Position numbers and translations under genes: made by a program
The notes under the pieces: generated by a model
What the model was told of the DNA's origin: nothing
Databases searched by the model: none
The model's input: only the letters and a program-made list of their open reading frames with translations
Origin: a virus
DNA length: 50,332 nt
Virus record (IMG/VR): IMGVR_UViG_3300042090_001664
Span: 1 to 50,332 of that record
Direction: 5' to 3' (one strand)
Shown: positions 45,542 through 50,332 of the stretch, in pieces
How positions within the stretch are numbered: the stretch's first letter is position 1
Layout of the letters: every line of letters begins with the position of its first letter

Positions 45542-45763
45542 CTACTCCTCGTCGATGGTGGGTGGTGGCGGTCGCGGTGGCATCGCGGTCGTCTTCTCGG
45601 GTGCGTGCTGCGCGCATCGGGTGCCACGCGCGTGGTCGGCACACATCGGCCGCGCGCAGCGCACGCCGCCCGGGCCGGCGCCGTCGCAGGCGCGCACCGC
45701 GGGCTGGCCGCAGCGGTAGCAGTCGGGTCGTCGTCGGCCGCAGATGAAAACGTCGATGCTCAC
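45542..45763 (-). CDS. Small Cys/His Zn-finger protein
   Basis: CYRC...CD...C..PMCADH...CAQH. Confidence 0.6.
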   Translation of the reverse strand: MSIDVFICGRRRPDCYRCGQPAVRACDGAGPGGVRCARPMCADHARGTRCAQHAPEKTTAMPPRPPPPTIDEE

Positions 45764-46023
45764 GAGACCGCCTCGCGGTCCGGCTCCTCGCGCCGGAGCC
45801 CGCGAATGTAGAGCTTCCAGCGGAGCGCCTCGGTCGCCGTCCCCGCCATGAGGACGTAGCGGGTCGCCACGTCGGGTTGGACGGCCTCCGCCGCCACGGG
45901 CTCGAGGTCGAGCGTCACGGTGCCGGCGCCGCTACGGTGGAAGAACACCATGGCGCCACAGCGGGAACAGCTCCCGACGTGGGGCGCCGTCCCTCCGTCG
46001 GCGATGCGCTTGCGGATCTTCAC
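45760..46023 (-). CDS. Hypothetical protein (CSRC ribbon)
   Basis: Likely GTG at 46023, coupled via a 26-codon ORF at 46020-46100. Confidence 0.5.
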   Translation of the reverse strand: MKIRKRIADGGTAPHVGSCSRCGAMVFFHRSGAGTVTLDLEPVAAEAVQPDVATRYVLMAGTATEALRWKLYIRGLRREEPDREAVS

Positions 46024-46096
46024 TTGGCCTCCGGCACCAGCCACGGATCGCCAGCGATGGAAGCATCGCCGGTGAAGCGCCAGGGTGACGCGCTGT

Positions 46097-47092
46097 TCAC
46101 GACGTCTTCCCGAGAGCTTCGCAAGGATCGCCAAACATCGCCAACGTCTTACCTTTCGCGTTCGGTTCGGCGGCGGCCAGGTTGCGTGCCGCCATCTGGT
46201 AGTAGCTGGCCTTCAGCTCGGCGCCGACGAAGCGCCGACCCTCTTGCAAGGCGACGTAGCCCTCACTGCCGATGCCTGCGAAGGGCGAAAGCACGACATC
46301 ACCGGGCGCCGTCCATAGTCGGATGGCGCGTCGGATGACGCCGAGTTGAAGCGGTGCGATGTGACGCTCGTCATCGCCATCCCTGGCCGCCATGTATTGC
46401 AGCGTGTCGCCTTGGTCGATACCGCTTGCGTCCGTCTCGGTGTCGCCCTTGCGCGGGTTGCGGAAGGCTGTGAAACCCTCGCCATCTTCGCCTTCCGAGG
46501 TCGCCCAGACGGGGCTGGCGTACCGTTGCCATCGCTCGACGGGGAAGTCGTCGTGCGTGTGGCTGATGGGCTTCGTGTTCTCGCCGGGCTTCACCACGAC
46601 GACGAGGTAGTCGGCCATCCCCTGCCGTGACGCAACAGAGTCCTTGCGAAGCTGCATGTGAAGCAGCCCCTTCGCCTTCGTTCGCTGCATCTGCATGACG
46701 GGGTCCTTCCAGATCGTGACTTCGCTGTGGAAGACGAACCCGGCCGCCTGAGCGGCTCGGATCATCTCGCCGCGGAAGTCGCGCAGCCCGATGTAGCCGT
46801 CGCGCACCTTGCTCGTCGGAATCAGCATGCAATGGATCGCCATCAGCCGACCGGGGCGAAGCACGCGAAACAGCGACGGCATCAAGTGACCGAAGTGCTC
46901 CCCAAATTCGCCGTGAGTGCGACAATTTCCAAGGTCGCGGTCGGAGTTGGAGTAGCAGTAAAGGAATGCGAAGGGCGGCGAATACACCGAGAAGTCGATC
47001 GACGACTCAGGGAGCGATGCGCACACTTCGACCGTGTCGGCGTTGTAGAGATGCCAGCCATTGCCACTGGCCTGATCGAGAACCTTGGTCAT
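46097..47092 (-). CDS. DNA methyltransferase, N4-C/N6-A beta class
   Basis: Catalytic SPPF motif N-terminal to the SAM-binding motif VLSPFAGIGS. Confidence 0.9.
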   Translation of the reverse strand: MTKVLDQASGNGWHLYNADTVEVCASLPESSIDFSVYSPPFAFLYCYSNSDRDLGNCRTHGEFGEHFGHLMPSLFRVLRPGRLMAIHCMLIPTSKVRDGYIGLRDFRGEMIRAAQAAGFVFHSEVTIWKDPVMQMQRTKAKGLLHMQLRKDSVASRQGMADYLVVVVKPGENTKPISHTHDDFPVERWQRYASPVWATSEGEDGEGFTAFRNPRKGDTETDASGIDQGDTLQYMAARDGDDERHIAPLQLGVIRRAIRLWTAPGDVVLSPFAGIGSEGYVALQEGRRFVGAELKASYYQMAARNLAAAEPNAKGKTLAMFGDPCEALGKTS

Positions 47093-48495
47093 GGAGCCTC
47101 TGGTCCGGTTCGGACCCATTGGGGGACCGTCATCGTGACGGTCGGTTCGTAGGCGTCTGTCTCTCGTTCGGCGCCGCGCACGTTGTGGCGCACGGTCGCT
47201 GCCGTGTAGCGCCGCATCTCGTCGGCGAGCTTCGTCGCGTCGGCTTCCTTGCGGCGTAGATTGGCCAACACGGCGCCTTCCAACTCCGCGACGATGATGT
47301 GACTGTGAACCTCGCGAGTCTGGCCAAACCGCCAGTTACGACGCACCGCCTGGTACCACTGCTCGAAGCTGTGAGAGACACCGACGAATAGGGACCGTGC
47401 GCAATGCTGGGCATTTACGCCGAACCCGGCGACGCTCGGCTTGGTTACGATAACCCGTGACCGACCGTGCAGCCAGTCGACCATGCGCGCCCGCTTCTCG
47501 GTTGGGGTCATGGCGCCCGTGATCTCAACGGCGCCGTGAATGGCCGCCGTAAGGGCCTCGCTCTCGGCGTTTAGCTCGCACCATACCATCCACGATTCCG
47601 TCGGCTCCGATGCGACGACATCGGCCGCGAGTCGAACGCGGTCCTTCATCGAAGCACGCCGAGCATCGCGTTGCTCGCCGAGCGTGATAGCTGGCGCAGC
47701 GAAGAGGAGCCCATGCGCTCGCGCCTGCTCGGCCGTGGCGGCGACGCGGTGCTCGTGCATGACGAGCGGCGGCAGGTCGTAGCCGATGTCGTCGTAGCCG
47801 ATGTCGGACGGACGCTTGACAAGTGCCGCCCACGAGCAAACCCAGCGCCAGAATGCTTCTCGCGCGTGGCCCTTGATGTACCAGTCCTGCGTGCTGCCGC
47901 CGTCGTGGGCGAAGAACATGGCCAGCATCTCGGTGCGTCGCATGACGCCCAAGAACTCTGCATGATTGCCAAGCTCGGTGAAGTCGTTCGGAGACGGTGT
48001 TGCCGTGCATGCGAGCCGGTACGGCGTCGCCGCGAAGCTATCGATCATGGCCGTGCGCGTCTCCCCGTCGCTCGACTTGAGGATCGATGATTCGTCGAGC
48101 ACGACGCCAACGAACGCCGCCGGGTCGAAGTGATCGCGCATCTCATAGTTCGTGATGAGGATCGGGGCGTCCGACTCGGCAAGCGACCGCGCGTAGACGA
48201 CCGGGACGCCGATGGCGGCACCTTCCTCGACAGTCTGCTCTGAGACGGCAAGCGGCGCGAAGATGATGATGCGACCCTTCGTTCGCTTCGCGACCTGAGC
48301 CGCCCACATGAGCTGCATGCGGCTCTTCCCGAGCCCGGTGTCGGCGAACAGGGCCGCGCGCCCGCGTCGCAGCGCCCACGTCGTCAGGTCGGCCTGGAAG
48401 GGGAAAAGATGCGGGGACTCGATGGTTCTGCGCAGCTTGAACCCGGCGACCGGCGCGACGAGAGCCTTGGTGCGTAGAAAATCCTGATAGCTCAC
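47089..48495 (-). CDS. SNF2-like superfamily 2 helicase
   Basis: DTGLGKS, ITNYE, LDESS, TATPSPN, GFGVN, QAVRRNWRFGQ. Confidence 0.9.
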   Translation of the reverse strand: MSYQDFLRTKALVAPVAGFKLRRTIESPHLFPFQADLTTWALRRGRAALFADTGLGKSRMQLMWAAQVAKRTKGRIIIFAPLAVSEQTVEEGAAIGVPVVYARSLAESDAPILITNYEMRDHFDPAAFVGVVLDESSILKSSDGETRTAMIDSFAATPYRLACTATPSPNDFTELGNHAEFLGVMRRTEMLAMFFAHDGGSTQDWYIKGHAREAFWRWVCSWAALVKRPSDIGYDDIGYDLPPLVMHEHRVAATAEQARAHGLLFAAPAITLGEQRDARRASMKDRVRLAADVVASEPTESWMVWCELNAESEALTAAIHGAVEITGAMTPTEKRARMVDWLHGRSRVIVTKPSVAGFGVNAQHCARSLFVGVSHSFEQWYQAVRRNWRFGQTREVHSHIIVAELEGAVLANLRRKEADATKLADEMRRYTAATVRHNVRGAERETDAYEPTVTMTVPQWVRTGPEAP

Positions 48496-49007
48496 GTCGC
48501 CTCGTAGCCCGGATCGCAGGTGTCACACCATGCTCCCGGCTTGACACTGCGGCCTTCCGCCGTGGGATCGGCGACGACATGCGTCGACAGTTCTCCGCAG
48601 CCGTCGCATACGAACCACTTCAGCGCGTTGAACGCGACGCGTGCAATGGGTTTTTGGTCCGTGTCGGGGTGAGACTTGTGAGCGAGATCGTCCAGGTTGG
48701 GCAGCCAACGCGTCGCCACCTCGACGGGCGTGTCGGCAAGGACGTTCAGCAGAAGCGCAAGCGCGTGAGCGTTGGATGCCTTCGCGAGCTCGCCAGCCCG
48801 CACGAGGATGGCGCAGAGCTGTTCCTCACCCTCAACATCGTGGCGAACACGTGCCGTGAGGTCGGAAAGCGTCATCGTCGCGATCACGCCGACATCTGCC
48901 CCATGGCTCACGTTGTGCTCCGTCTGCGAGTCCGTGGACGCGCCCAGTTCGTCACGATCGACCAGATATTTGTCGAAGAACCCGGCCAAATTCTCGAACG
49001 TCGTCAT
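48492..49007 (-). CDS. Hypothetical protein
   Basis: RBS GAGGAG before ATG at 49007; C-terminal CxxC pairs. Confidence 0.55.
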   Translation of the reverse strand: MTTFENLAGFFDKYLVDRDELGASTDSQTEHNVSHGADVGVIATMTLSDLTARVRHDVEGEEQLCAILVRAGELAKASNAHALALLLNVLADTPVEVATRWLPNLDDLAHKSHPDTDQKPIARVAFNALKWFVCDGCGELSTHVVADPTAEGRSVKPGAWCDTCDPGYEAT

Positions 49008-49054
49008 GTGATCTCTCCTCGGTGAATGATTGTCGCCCATGTCGCGCGCTCCCA

Positions 49055-49348
49055 TCATGCGCCCGCCTCCCTTGCAGCGAGTTGCTCCGCGAGCGTCCCG
49101 TGAATGTCGTAGGCAGACGGCTTAGGAGCCTCGAGCGGCTCGGCCCAGAAGCGGCGCCCGTCGTGGCGGTGCGCGGCGGTGAGGATGCGCGCGACCCGCT
49201 CCGCGTCGTCCTGGAGCAGCGGAGGTCGCGCGCGGTCGACGCGGGGTAGCCGGTCGATGACCCGGAAAGATGCGCCGTCCACGCCGACCCGGCCGAGGCT
49301 CGAGCCGGGCGCGTCGCGCGAGCACACCACGAAGAGGGTGGGCGTCAT
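49055..49348 (-). CDS. Hypothetical protein
   Basis: ATGA-coupled start at 49348. Confidence 0.5.
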   Translation of the reverse strand: MTPTLFVVCSRDAPGSSLGRVGVDGASFRVIDRLPRVDRARPPLLQDDAERVARILTAAHRHDGRRFWAEPLEAPKPSAYDIHGTLAEQLAAREAGA

Positions 49349-49521
49349 CGCGGCCTCAGCAGCATGACGCACTTCTTCCCGTCACTGGCGTCTTCGAGGA
49401 CCACGTCGGCGCACTCGCCGGTGCAGTCGCACCCCTCGGTGAAGACGGGCGCGTCTGGCGGCATCTGCCGCAACCGCTCGATGAGCTGTGCCACGGTGAG
49501 GGTGTCGGTGTCGTCGCTCAT
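49345..49521 (-). CDS. Small phage protein (TVAQLIERLRQMPPDAPV type)
   Basis: Common small phage protein motif; coupled overlaps. Confidence 0.6.
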   Translation of the reverse strand: MSDDTDTLTVAQLIERLRQMPPDAPVFTEGCDCTGECADVVLEDASDGKKCVMLLRPR

Positions 49522-50150
49522 CGGAGATGCTCCTGAAGGTTGGTGCAGTCGTAGCTCTTCGTCTTGCCGCGGATGAACGCGTCGAGCGCGCTGGCGTTGA
49601 CGACCTGGACCACGCGCGCAGCCTTCGGCTCGTCGGTGCACTTGCGGGCGTCGAAGATGTGCGCGACGTCGATCCCGTAGTGGCAGAGCGGCTCCGGCAA
49701 GTCCGGCGTCCAGAACGACCCGCGCACCGAAATCTGGTGGTGGCGGTGACAATCGGCGGGGGCCGATTCCTGGCACATGAGCACGAGCCGATGGCCGGCG
49801 GCGTACCAGGTCCGGAGCGTGTGGATCCCCTCCGGGCGAGGCCCCGGCACTCCGCCCCCCGGCCCGCCGAGCACGTGCCCCGCGTAGCGGTAGCGGGAGC
49901 CGAGCGCGTCGGCGAGCTGGTAGCGCCTGAAACCGTCTCTGACATAGAGCGGCTTCCGGCTCCCCGCCGGCGGCGCATGCTCGGGACCGGCCAACGCCCG
50001 GCAGTCGACGAGCACAGCCTTCAGGCCGAGCACGATGTTGAACAGGTCCTGCGGCTCATCGAGCGAGCCAGGCTGGCGCTTGCTCCCCTTGTACGGCGCG
50101 TCGCCGTAGCCGATCGAAAATAGAATCCCCGGCGTCTTCTTCTTCGTCAT
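49518..50150 (-). CDS. DUF488-family protein
   Basis: FSIGYG, VLVDCR, YRY...LGG, LMCQE..P..CHR. Confidence 0.75.
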   Translation of the reverse strand: MTKKKTPGILFSIGYGDAPYKGSKRQPGSLDEPQDLFNIVLGLKAVLVDCRALAGPEHAPPAGSRKPLYVRDGFRRYQLADALGSRYRYAGHVLGGPGGGVPGPRPEGIHTLRTWYAAGHRLVLMCQESAPADCHRHHQISVRGSFWTPDLPEPLCHYGIDVAHIFDARKCTDEPKAARVVQVVNASALDAFIRGKTKSYDCTNLQEHLR

Positions 50151-50168
50151 CGTCCCTCCGATGGTACA

Positions 50169-50262
50169 ACGCATCGACCCCGGCGCCGAGAGTCGGCCCG
50201 AGGTCGTGCGCGTGCTTGTCGTCCTCGGAGCAAGGTAGCGCTCCGCGGGTGACCTGTCACCC
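50169..50262 (-). promoter_or_regulatory. Sigma70-like promoter C plus long leader hairpin
   Basis: On -: GTGACA-17nt-TACCTT-7nt-GGACGACAAGCACGCGCACG; palindrome GGGTGAC-N2-GTCACCC at 50247-50262. Confidence 0.65.
50205..50224. repeat. 20-bp exact repeat, copy 2
   Basis: Identical to 44665-44684. Confidence 0.95.
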
Positions 50263-50332
50263 CTCCGGGATCGGTCGCGCGACATCGCCCTTGAAGCGCT
50301 CGCGGAGGTCCTCCACGACCGTCTTCATCCAT

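Noticed and set aside
1-50332. tRNA/rRNA genes, integrase or att sites
   Set aside because: None recognised by eye; lifestyle cannot be determined from this window.

Overview
High-GC fragment of a tailed dsDNA phage or prophage with a Mu-like contractile tail. The host is probably a myxobacterium; this is inferred from the Cys-rich lipoproteins, DAG/DGG motifs and a CTERM-like tail. The + strand (1-38323) is a late operon. It runs from a probable portal C-terminus through a Dps-ParB fusion, scaffold, major capsid, head-tail proteins, sheath, tube, chaperones, tape measure, Mu N/P/45/46/47/48-like baseplate and fibres. It ends in an unusual block of exported, virion-like and Cys-rich proteins, two or three papain-fold enzymes and a lysozyme. 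An intact IS200/IS605 element (tnpA+tnpB, 23780-25470) sits between two tail genes without disrupting either. The - strand (38344-50332) carries early genes: Cas4/RecB-like nuclease, Sak4-like ATPase, YkgJ, DpdA-like deazaguanine transglycosylase, DNA methyltransferase, SNF2-like helicase and DUF488. The most notable signals are: (i) the Dps-ParB fusion in the head module; (ii) three sigma70-like promoters with spacer palindromes and a GGACGACA+hairpin leader, one of which drives an antisense lipoprotein next to the tail fibre; (iii) the exported virion-like protein/protease cassette; (iv) the DpdA/MTase/DUF488 DNA-modification set. All family calls come from motif recognition by eye, not database searches.
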